DNA from: Haliotis rufescens
Taxonomy: Eukaryota
Reading direction: 5' to 3'
DNA: 64,000 nt
NCBI RefSeq assembly: GCF_023055435.1
Contig: NW_025964361.1
Coordinates: 47,740,001-47,804,000 of the forward strand
Every line of letters starts with the position of its first letter. The stretch's first letter is position 1. Shown here piece after piece: positions 1-10,454 of the stretch. The translations under genes were made by a program, and so were the position numbers. The notes beneath the pieces were generated by a model, which saw only the letters and a list, made by a program, of their open reading frames with translations, made no database searches and was not told the origin of the DNA.

Positions 1-54
1 CATATCATCCATCAAGTTCTGCGTGTAGGGGTGCGTGAGGTAGTCGTATTGTGT
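1..54 (-). CDS. GH13 alpha-glucosidase exon 6 (truncated by window edge)
   Basis: TTTCCAAG|TQYDYLTHPYTQNLMDDM..., matches the maltase 'YxYLxHxYT' segment that follows exon 5. Confidence 0.85.
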
Positions 55-289
55 CTTGGAAACAACATCATACTAAGGTTAGACCTTCATTAATTAATCA
101 GTAGTGTCGTCTTTTCCTTTCGGCCGAATGACAAGTACTTTTAAAACAGACACAATATTATTAAAAAGAAATAAACGTCTCGATATTAGAGGACAACAAC
201 GACAGTCATCCTGATAGGGTCGAAGCGTGTCTCCAGTGTAGACAACTCTGGCGATCTCAGCTTTACTTACAGCGCTCTTCCAAGATCTA

Positions 290-488
290 GGTATGTCTGT
301 AGATGCTACATTCATGTGGTTTAAGTGTGTCTGTAGAGACTAAACTTACAGGGTCTAAGTGTGTATGTGGAGAAGCACTTACATGGTCTCAGTGTATGTA
401 GAGACTAAACTTACAGGGTCTAAGTGTGTATGTGGAGAAGCACTTACATGGTCTAAGTGTATGTAAAGACTACACTTACAGGGTCTAA
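290..488. repeat. ~32-33 bp minisatellite overlapping GH13 exon-5 donor
   Basis: (CACTTACA(G/T)GGTCTAAGTGTATGTAGAGACTA)n, ~5-6 copies. Confidence 0.85.
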
Positions 489-605
489 ATCTGTCCTGTT
501 GCTCAAGGGTTCGTTCCAGGAGGTATTGGTCACCTCAAACAAGAAAGGCAGGGCGTCTATCCTAAACCCATCCACACCCCGTTCCAGCCAGAAGCGCAAG
601 GCATT
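480..605 (-). CDS. GH13 alpha-glucosidase exon 5 (not in ORF track)
   Basis: Hand translation: TGTAG|[42 protein letters not shown]|GTAAGT; region II GFRIDA with catalytic nucleophile Asp. Confidence 0.95.
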
Positions 606-759
606 CTACAAACACAAATAATGCAAGACAGTACTACCAGGGTACGAGAGGTACTGGTTGAAGCATCGGTCTAAGGGACCGATCATTTGATATTCTAGCT
701 GAGGTGGGTGGGGCCTTGGCCTGGGCGTGCCCCCCCCCTCACCCCCAATACAACACGGA

Positions 760-1029
760 GGGGGCACCCGTGGTCCAGTCGTCTAAGGCGCCGCGATTCG
801 CTCTGCAGAGTTGCGTCCCTTGGGCACGCCAGAAACCTATGATTGTGGGTTCGAATCCCGGTTCGCCCCGATTATGTTTCTAGGTTTGTCAGCACCATAC
901 CCGTGCTCGTGGGTTTCACCGAAGTGGTAAACGTCTGAGACCTGCATCACCTGCTTTCCACATTAAGCTGACACGCCGCGATATAAGTGGAATACTGTTA
1001 AAAGCGGCGTTAAACCCAACTTACCCACC
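760..1029 (+). mobile_element. SINE family C (tRNA-Leu/Ser-like head) with 11-bp TSD
   Basis: TGGTCCAGTCGTCTAAGGCG A box, GGGTTCGAATCCC B box, TSD TACAACACGGA. Confidence 0.9.
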
Positions 1030-1087
1030 TACAACACGGAAGTCGCCTGAGCCGATTATATTTAACATGAACGGGTCTGCCACCTAC

Positions 1088-1213
1088 CTGCATTTCTTCA
1101 ACAAGGGCCGGGTTTCTGTAATTGAGGTCGGGCTGCTCCTTCAGGAAGGCGTGGTAGTAATATTGTTTCCTCTCTTCATTCCACTCCCAGGCGGAGTTCT
1201 TGAAGACAGAGAG
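1088..1213 (-). CDS. GH13 alpha-glucosidase exon 4
   Basis: TTTCAG|[42 protein letters not shown]|GTAGG; QPDLN oligo-1,6-glucosidase-type motif. Confidence 0.95.
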
Positions 1214-1786
1214 CTGAAAGTGGGGAAGTACGAGGTCACGAGCAGACTTAAATTTTGTAAGTATGTATGAGTAAGTATGGTCATGAAATAACTGAACGTG
1301 GGGAAATGCGGGGTCATGAGACAACTGGAAGGGGGAAATATAGGGTGATGAGATAACTTAGGGAAAGGAAATACGGGTTCATATATAACTGAAAAAGGGG
1401 AAATAAATGGTCAGGAGATTACTGAAAATGGTGAAGTAAGGGGTCAGGAAATAACTGAAAGAGGGGATATAAGACGCCATGTGAAAAATAAAAATTGGAA
1501 ATACATAGTAACCAGATAACTGAGAGTGGGTAAATAAGGGGTCATGAGATAACTGGAAAGTGGGGGGAAAAGGGGTCAGGAGATAACGGAGATAACTGGA
1601 AAATGGGAAATAAGGGGGCAGGAGATAACTGGAAAGTGGGGGAAAAAGGGGAGAGGAGATAACGGAGATAACTGGAAAGTGGGAAATAAGGGGTCATGAG
1701 ATAAGTGAAAGTGGGAAAATAAGGGGTCATGAGATAACTGTAAGTGGGGAAATAAGGGGTCATGAGATAACTGAAAGTGGGGAATT
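1207..1786. repeat. ~33 bp minisatellite overlapping GH13 exon-4 acceptor
   Basis: (GAGATAACTGAAAGTGGGGAAATAAGGGGTCAT)n. Confidence 0.9.
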
Positions 1787-1851
1787 ACTAGATGCTGGGA
1801 GAACTGGAGGCTCACTTTCACATAAACACCACCAACCAGTTTCCAACTCAC

Positions 1852-2009
1852 CCAGTTATTTGGCGGCGAGTGTGTTCCATTGGGACCCGCAATCCCGTCC
1901 CTCCAGACATAGTAGTCTTTATAACGTGGGGTCCCCTTCACGCTCTCGTTGAACCACATATGGAGGTTGCTGGAGTGGTTGGGGACGAAGTCTAAGATCA
2001 CCTTCAAAC
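1852..2009 (-). CDS. GH13 alpha-glucosidase exon 3
   Basis: TTCAG|GLKVILDFVPNHSS...YYVWRDG...PPNNW|GTGAGT; contains conserved region I (DFVPNH). Confidence 0.95.
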
Positions 2010-2326
2010 CTGAAGTAAACAAATTAACAAACTGGATCAAGAGTACAAAACGCTCCTGTGTGTTCACGTGTCATACAACAAATCACACTTCAGTTTAAAT
2101 GAAATCTATCCGCTTTTAAAGTTCATAAGTAAACAAAGTCAGAATAAAAAATAATGGAGCAAAGATTCAATACTGGTCACAATTTGTACAAAGGCTTCCC
2201 GCAGAGTTACCATCTTTCATTTTAAAGAAATCTATGCGCGTTTAAAGTTGATTAGTAAACAAAGTTAGAATATAAAACAGAAATGAGCAAGGAACAATAC
2301 TGGCCTCAAGTTGTACAAAGACAAAG

Positions 2327-2650
2327 GATAACTGCTTTCGACCTGCTTGTCTCGGAACCGAAGATAACTCCTGTCGACCCGCTTGTCTCGAACCAAAAAA
2401 ATAACTCCTGTCGACCCGCTTGTCTAGAACCGAAAATAACTCCTATCGACCGCTTGTCTCGAACAGAAGATAACTCCTATCGACCCGCTTGTCCCGAACC
2501 GAAAATAACTCCTATCGACCCGTTTGTCTCGAACCGAAGATAACTCCTATCGACCCGCTTGTCTCGAACCGAAAATAACTCCTATCGACCCGCTTGTGTC
2601 GAACCGAAAATAACTCCTATCGACCCGCTAGTCTCGAACAGAAAATAACC
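2327..2650. repeat. 35-bp minisatellite
   Basis: (ATAACTCCTATCGACCCGCTTGTCTCGAACCGAAA)n, ~9 copies. Confidence 0.95.
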
Positions 2651-3092
2651 CATAATGTATTACTGATGGTACTGTAGTTAATACAACGTAGTCTTTAAAA
2701 TCCGCAAACTGGCCTTCTTAAATGATTGCTGACGATGTAACTGGTTAAGGATAAACTATTTAATATAACGATTGCATTGTTATTGTACATAGTTAAACTC
2801 AACCCACTCACTTCTTTCATTCTCAACTCGTCATTGTTCATATATTCTTAATAATTTACAGCCTGTGCCTCATTTAAATGCAGTGAACCCTCGTTAATCC
2901 GGACTGAAATAGTTTCGATTAACGAAAGAAAATACAAGATATAACAAGGGCTCATTTCGCCCACAGGACATGCGTAAATTAAGAAATGAACGAAATTGTA
3001 ATGAACGTTGCCAGATGTATTCAGATGAATGAGAACTAGACTTTGTTCATTTCAACAATATGTATGTCTTCGCCTAATAACAACACTAAATA

Positions 3093-3253
3093 CAGTCAAA
3101 CACCGTTGTCTCGAACTTTGATGTGTCGAACTTACGGTTATCGCGAAGTAAAAGCTTGGCTCCTGCATATTCCTTCTTTATTCATCACTTTCGGTTGTAT
3201 CGAACCTCGGATAACTCAAATTATTTCAACTTCGACACAACGGAGTTTGACTA
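3093..3253. mobile_element. Small Tigger/pogo-like MITE
   Basis: TA|CAGTCAAACACCGTTGTCTCGAA...TTCGACACAACGGAGTTTGACTA|TA. Confidence 0.75.
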
Positions 3254-3569
3254 TATATGTAAGGTTGAAATGTATTCAAAGGCTGCTGTGAGAGGTTTGC
3301 AGGAAGCATGAGTTAAACATATAAACATGAGCAGGTCCATGGCCCGATTTTTCTATGGATTTGCTGCTAGTCGTCTTGAAGTTTGAAAAATTGGCCTTTT
3401 TCTCTCTTACTTTAGTTATTGTTATATATGTGATCACACCAGAAGTGCAAAAGTTTCCAAGTGTTTGAAAGCAAAAAGGCATCCTTCCGTCAACCAATGT
3501 TGATCAACATTCTACCTGTGATAATTTGTTCATAAAAAAAGAAATCGGTGGAAAAAGTTTGGCCCTTCT

Positions 3570-3703
3570 ACGGTGTAGTCTAGTGGCCGAAGGCCCGAGT
3601 TCGATTTCCCACATGGGTACAATGTGTGGAGCCTATTTCTAGTGTCCCCCGCCGTGATATTGCTGGAATTTGCTAAAAGCGGCGTAAAACCATACTCACT
3701 CAT
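3570..3703 (+). mobile_element. SINE A (internally deleted head)
   Basis: Homology to 4249-4441. Confidence 0.85.
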
Positions 3704-4005
3704 TCCGCATGCATTTAAAACTCTGGAACTTTTTGTGAAAAATGTTTGAATTTTTTTACTTTTATTGTTGCATTTTTTGTTTGCTTGTTTAAGGTCATCT
3801 GGTATCTTATTTATATGCCACCGTAATTTAATGAAGGCTGCTTCCAGTCTAATGCTCAAACTTTGGTCTGCTGGTGACGCGGCATGGCACAGTGAGTTAC
3901 TATAGGCGAAAGTATACTACTCAAAAGAAGTTAAGGATCACCTCATTCTTCCATATTACAATAGTTAATCTCTCATGCCATGACATGCTGGCACATGAAG
4001 TCTAC

Positions 4006-4185
4006 CTCTCTTGTGTGCCTCTTCTATGAGATTTGCCATGTCGGTGAGATTGCCGAAGATGGGGGCGACGTTGGTGAAGTTGCTGATGTCGTAGCCGAAA
4101 TCTTTCATGGGAGATTCATAGACAGGGCTGATCCAGATGGCCTTGACATTGAGATAAGTGAAATGGTCCAGCTTGCTGATGATGC
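4006..4185 (-). CDS. GH13 alpha-glucosidase exon 2
   Basis: TGTAG|GIISKLDHFTYLNVKAIWISPVYESPMKDFGYDISNF...AHKR G|GTAGA; 180 nt, phase 1-1. Confidence 0.95.
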
Positions 4186-4248
4186 CTACAACGTAGAGCA
4201 AAGAACATAACTAACAGCAATGTCACCCAGCAATGACACAGGATCCAA

Positions 4249-4441
4249 GGGGCGGTCGGGTAGCCTAGTGGTTAAAGCGTTCGCTCGTCACGCCGAAGAC
4301 CCGGGTTCGATTCCCGACATGGGTACACTGTGTGAAGCCCATTTCTGGTGTCCCCCGCCGTGATATTGCTGGAATATTGCTAAAAGTAGCGTAAAACCAA
4401 ACTCACTCACTCACTCACTCACTCACTCACTCACTCACTCA
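4249..4441 (+). mobile_element. tRNA-derived SINE family A (best copy)
   Basis: A box TAGCCTAGTGG, B box GGTTCGATTCC, tail GCGTAAAAC..(CTCA)n. Confidence 0.92.
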
Positions 4442-4591
4442 ATTGCACCCTGTCTCGGGGCGTCATTGGGCGACGAAGACGTCTTTGGGCAATGTAACTT
4501 CAGCTTACGATTGAATTATAGGTTTTGGTCCATTTCGGAATTTTCACGGTTTGTTTTTCTGTTCAGGATACCGATACATTCTTCGGTCATA

Positions 4592-4820
4592 TTGTTCGTT
4601 GCTTATTTAAGTCCGCACTAAGCAATATTCAGACTATATGTAAATATTCGAGTTTGAACCTGACAATCCAGTGATTGACATCATGAGTATCGTTCTACGC
4701 ATTTGGGATACGATGACATGCATCAACCAAGTCAGCAAGCCTGACTACCCGATCCCGTTAGTCGCCAATTACGACAAGCATGGGTTGATGAAGACCAATT
4801 CTAACCCAGATCTTCGCGAT
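4592..4820 (-). mobile_element. SINE B
   Basis: Reverse-strand homology to 42616-42855. Confidence 0.82.
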
Positions 4821-5454
4821 CGCATGGTTATGTAATGTAATACCGAACGTATTTATTTTTTTAACGGGAACATCTCTATTGATGGCAATTGGCATCGGCC
4901 ATTAACAGAAATGACATGCTATGTTGATTGCTAATCTGATTATTGAATATAATAGGCTTTGTCTATTATCTGATTATTTGTCTGATTATTGAAGCTTTCA
5001 TCATTACAAGAATGATAATTACTAGAGTATGTGGTGACAGTTTATTGTCTGAGAAAACAACAGGTATCGACGTGACCCAACTCTGTTCAGCCCCGGTCCT
5101 GGCCCATTACGAATGTGTTGAATGGTGCTCTCTCAATCACATTTTTTGTCAAAAACGGAATGCTATTAAAGTGACAGTTTCTCGAAAGTAACTTTTCGGA
5201 TTGAGCTGCAGTGATGTTAGTGGTTTAAACAAAACTCGATATTTAACAGGTGAGCACTTGCCTTACCTTTGCATGTATTTGTGATCGGTGCGCACCTTTT
5301 CGCGAACACCAGGTGTCATCACTATTTGATAGTGATTCATAAACATACGCTTATGATATACTAGTATTTGGAAGCGTGCTATGGACAATGGGTTTCCTTT
5401 GCATGCATATAACCCTGGAAACGTCCCTACCCCAAGCCTCCTGATGTGACAGTC

Positions 5455-5620
5455 GGGGTGGTCGGGTAGCCTAGTGGTTAAAGCGTTCGCTCGTCACGCT
5501 GAAGACCCGGGTTCGATTCCCGACATGGGTACAATGTGTGAAGCCCATTTCTGGTGTCCCCTGCCGTGATATTGCTGGAATATTGCTAAAAGCGGCGTAA
5601 AACCATACTCACTCACTCAC
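5455..5620 (+). mobile_element. SINE A with 13-bp TSD
   Basis: TSD TGATGTGACAGTC. Confidence 0.93.
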
Positions 5621-6104
5621 TGATGTGACAGTCAGTTGTGAATGATGGCAGTATGGGTGGTAACAATGAACACGTTTTCTGTGAGAAACCCCATTCTAGA
5701 AGATCGACACCCAGTCTCCACCACCATACCTTCATGTCACAATTTTGATAATTTTGTTCGTAAAATATGGGGATAATTCCGTTATAGCCAAAAAGGCCAG
5801 CTGTTATTCGTGCGACTGTTAATAGGTTATGTACGGTGCGCACTGCCCTAGCCTAGATACTAATGCTTGGGGTCTGGACAATTCAAATCAAAACCTCTTT
5901 CGTCCCGAGACTGCTCTGTAGAAGGGGGAGCACGTGTGACAATCGACATGACAGATAGACTGTGGGCTTGGAGCGTACCGGTGTTGTGTTTGTGTGCCGT
6001 GTTTATCAGCGACTGTGTGCAAACAAATGAAGAGTTCAGTACTGGGACACGACGTCCGTTACATATATACACTCTTCATGGAATATTACTAAAATCATTA
6101 AAAA

Positions 6105-6346
6105 GTTTGTTTGTTTGTTTGTTGTTTAACGCCGTACTCAGCAATATTCTAGCTTTATGACGGCGTATGTAATAATCGAGTCTTGACCGCACAATCTAGT
6201 GACTGATATCAAAAGCATCGATCCTCGCAAATTGGATACGATAACATACATCAATCAACTGATCGATTCTGACCACCCGAGCCTGTTAGTCGCCCCTACG
6301 ACAAGCATGAGTTGCTGAAGAGCGAGTCTAACCCGGATGTTCACGA
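6105..6346 (-). mobile_element. SINE B
   Basis: Reverse-strand homology; (TTTG)n tail at 6105. Confidence 0.82.
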
Positions 6347-6481
6347 TGGGCACGATTATGTAATATCGGACTTATTTATGTGTTTAACAACAACGCCTAA
6401 AACGAAAGTTCCTTGATGTGTATTTTGGTCAATGTTTCGTCAATAAACGTGTACTTTGGTTATGTCCCACGCCCGGTACTA

Positions 6482-7715
6482 TGTCTGTAACGTCTGTGTG
6501 GTAACGTCTGTGTGGTAACGTCTGTGTGGTAACGTCTGTGTGGTAACGTCTGTGTGGTAACGTCTGTATGATAACGTCTGTGTGGTAACGTCTGTGTGGT
6601 AAGGTCTGTGTGGTAAGGTCTGTGTGATAACGTATGTGTGGTAACGTCTGTGTGGTAACGTCTGTATGGTAACGTATGTGTGGTAACGTCTGTGTGGTAA
6701 CGTCTGTATGGTAACGGCGTGTGTTAACGTCTGTGTGGTAACGTATGTGTGGTAACGTCTGTGTGGTAACGTCTGTGTGGTAACGTATGTGTGGTAACGT
6801 CTGTGTGGTAACGTCTGTATAGTAACGTCTGTGTGGTAACGTCTGTGTGGTAACGTCTGTGTGGTAACGTCTGTATAGTAACGTCTGTGTGGTAACGTCT
6901 GTGTGGTAACGTCTGTGTGGTAACGTCTGTGTGGTAACGTCTGTATAGTAACGTCTGTGTGGTAACGTCTGTGTGGTAACGTCTGTGTGGTATCATCTGT
7001 ATAGTAACATCTGTATAGTAACGTCTGTATAGTAACAGCTGTATAGTAACGTCTCTATAGTAACGTCTGTGTGGTAACGTGTGTGTGGTAACGTCTGTAT
7101 GGTAGCGTCTGTATAGTAACATCTGTATAGTAACGTCTGTATAGTAACAGCTGTGTGGTAACGTCTGTATGGTAACATCTGTATAGTAACGTCTGTATAG
7201 TAACAGCTGTGTGGTAACGTCTGTATGGTAACGTCTTTGTGGTAACGTCTGTGTGCTAACGTCTGTTTGGTAACGCCTATGGTAACGTCTGTGTGCTAAC
7301 GTCTGCGCGGTAACGTCTGTGTGGTAACGTCTATGTGGTAACGTCTGCAAGGTAACGTCTGTGTGGTAACGTCTGTATGGTAACGTCTTTATGGTAACGT
7401 CTGTGTGGTGACGTCTGTGTGGTAACGTCTGTGTGGTAATGTCTGTATAGTAACGTCTTCATGGTAACGTCTGTGTGGTAACGTCTGTGTGGTAACGTCT
7501 GTGTGGTAATGTCTGTATAGTAACGTCTGTATGGTAACGTCTGTGTGGTAACGTCTGTATGGTTATGTCTGTGTGGTGACGTCTGTGTGGTAACATATTT
7601 GTGGTAACATCTGTATGATAACGCCTGTATCGTAACGTCTTTGTGGTAACGTGTGTGTGGTAACACCTGTATGGTAACGTAAGTATAGTAACGTCTGTAT
7701 GGTAACATCTCTATG
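6482..7715. repeat. 14-bp minisatellite
   Basis: (GGTAACGTCTGTGT)n. Confidence 0.97.
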
Positions 7716-8057
7716 GGATACACTTCAACGCATTAGCACCTGAGCTCCTGTAAGTATATTAACATATTTCCAAAATATGGCGTTTTACGAAAGATGCCAG
7801 GTATATGCTTTGAAACAAAAATTCTTTGAAGCCTATGTAATAACCAACAGTGACATATATCAAGCCAGTACTGTAAAAGACTACTACCATTACTACATCA
7901 AAGAGGCTATATCTTGCTGGTGTTATCAGAGCTATGTAATCTAAGGTCAAGGTCACCTGTGCACACGTAGTGTGGATATCCAAAGTTTTTCATGACATAA
8001 GATAACCTTTCCGCGAAGCATAGATCTAAACATGTAAACATATTTACCTGTACATTG

Positions 8058-8909
8058 TTTATACCTATAATGACGGGGGGATATAGCCATCAGTATGTCC
8101 GTCTGTCCGTCTGTAATCATTGTTTGTCCGGAGTATATTTCCTAAACCATACACCCTAGCTGCACAAAACTTGGTACACTTTCCAATCAGGCTCAGTAGA
8201 AGTACCTTTTGCTATTTAGAGATTTTTAAAATTTTATATTTTTGTCGTTTCCATGGAAATATTATGAACTTAGGAATTTTGAGGGTAGTGCTCTTGTCCG
8301 GACCATATCTCCCGAACCATACAACTTAGCTTCTCAAAAGTTTTTACACCTATCAAGCAGGCTTTGTAGTGGTGCCTTTGCTATTAACAGATTTTTTTCT
8401 TTTTTTCTTTTTTTTCAATTTAAATTGAAAATTGATGAACTTAGGGTAATGTCCTCGTCTGGAGCATATCTTCTAAACCATGCGACAGAGTTTCACCAAA
8501 CTTTATGCACATATCAGTCATGTTCACTAGCAGTGCAGTTTGTTATTTATAGATTTTAATCTTTTTAATTTGTAGCCCCTGACATATAATTCTAAGGTGT
8601 ACTACTTACCGATATCACATACTATATATGATGTGAGCTACATAGCCTAGTACATTCTCTTTATGCCTTTGTGTCATGAGGCTACTACAGAGCTATTCAT
8701 AAGCGAATCTGCGAAGTAATTGTTATTCCTATTTCATGAGATCATCAGAAAGTGAGCTACATGAACCAATATTTAATAACCTTCATTATATTTCTGGTTT
8801 TGGCTTCAAAGAAAAGGATGTCCTTGCCAATCTAAATACATTTGAAGGTACACACAGTTTACCGACATGCCACGTCGGGGGGATATGTCATCTTCGGATG
8901 ACTCTTGTT
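8058..8909 (+). mobile_element. Non-autonomous Helentron-type (HINE/pearl-like) element
   Basis: T-rich start, GGGGGATATAG subterminal motif, (GTCC/GTCT)n microsatellite, ~170-bp diverged internal tandem units, 3' GGGGGGATAT-GTCATC.TTCG.GATGAC hairpin-TCTTGTT. Confidence 0.7.
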
Positions 8910-8915
8910 AATTTA

Positions 8916-9299
<384 letters not shown>

Positions 9300-9799
9300 T
9301 CAGCGATATTGACAATGTTATCGGGTGTGCAAGGTGATGACGTCGATTTATACTTATGTCACGTGGTTAAGGCTCCTGAGTCCGTATTGAAGCCCTGCCC
9401 GAAATCCTCAAGTGCACATCTAGAAACGTAGTTTCACGATAATTTATCTATCATTACTCCGACAAGGACAACTTGATATCTGCATGTCCTTAGACGTTCC
9501 ATATACATTAACCCAACAATGACACCCTGGTGCTAACGTTCAATCTCACATTCATATAAATCACCGTCAGTGTATACCTTGCAAACAACTTCCAAGCCCG
9601 GTTCAAACTGCGTCGGGGCTAAAACAGAATGATAATGTTCTACGGCTGTACGCGCGATAACAGATGACCTCTCGACACTTACCTACCAAGTTGTGATGTA
9701 GACATGACATACAAATGCCCGGATGGAATGCCAAGCACTCCTAGTCGGGTAGGATTGTGTTGAGGAGAGGGCAGGGCGTACCGTAAGTACCCGTATAAG

Positions 9800-9983
9800 N
9801 NNNNNNNNNNNNNNNNNNNNNNNNNNNNNNNNNNNNNNNNNNNNNNNNNNNNNNNNNNNNNNNNNNNNNNNNNNNNNNNNNNNNNNNNNNNNNNNNNNNN
9901 NNNNNNNNNNNNNNNNNNNNNNNNNNNNNNNNNNNNNNNNNNNNNNNNNNNNNNNNNNNNNNNNNNNNNNNNNNNNNNNNNNN
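9800..9983. other. Assembly gap
   Basis: Run of N. Confidence 0.99.
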
Positions 9984-10154
9984 AATGAAATTAATTATAT
10001 CCAGGCGTATAAGATTGATGTGGGAGGACAGACAGAAATGATACAGGTCTTTGACGTTTACCACTTTAGTGCTGATAAACCTAGGAACGTAAGCATGACA
10101 AACAGATATTCGAACCGCATACCTATGACAACTGAGCCATCCGTGCTCCCTTAA

Positions 10155-10313
10155 GTGAGTGAGTACGGTTTACGCCGTTTTTTTAAAAATATTCCAGCAA
10201 TATCACGGCGGGGAAAACTAGAAATGACCATCACACATTACACCCATATGGGGAATCAAACCCGGGAATTCGGCGCGAATAGCAAACGCTTTAACAACTT
10301 GGCTACTCCACCG
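10155..10313 (-). mobile_element. SINE A (diverged)
   Basis: Reverse-strand homology to 4249-4441. Confidence 0.85.
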
Positions 10314-10454
10314 AAATATGGACGTGCATGCAGGCATAACTATGGACAGTGAAATAAGAAATGGGACTTGCCAACAAGCAGGAATATGGACGTACATTCA
10401 GGCATAATCATGGACAAAAAATTGGACATTCTTGTTTCCGTAAAGAACATATAA

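Noticed and set aside
4249-4325. tRNA genes at SINE heads (also 760, 29177)
   Set aside because: Continue into SINE bodies with TSDs and simple-repeat tails.
6724-7723. ORFs of 130-208 aa (TQTLPHRRYHTDVT repeats)
   Set aside because: Translation of a 14-bp intronic minisatellite; no splice or domain support.
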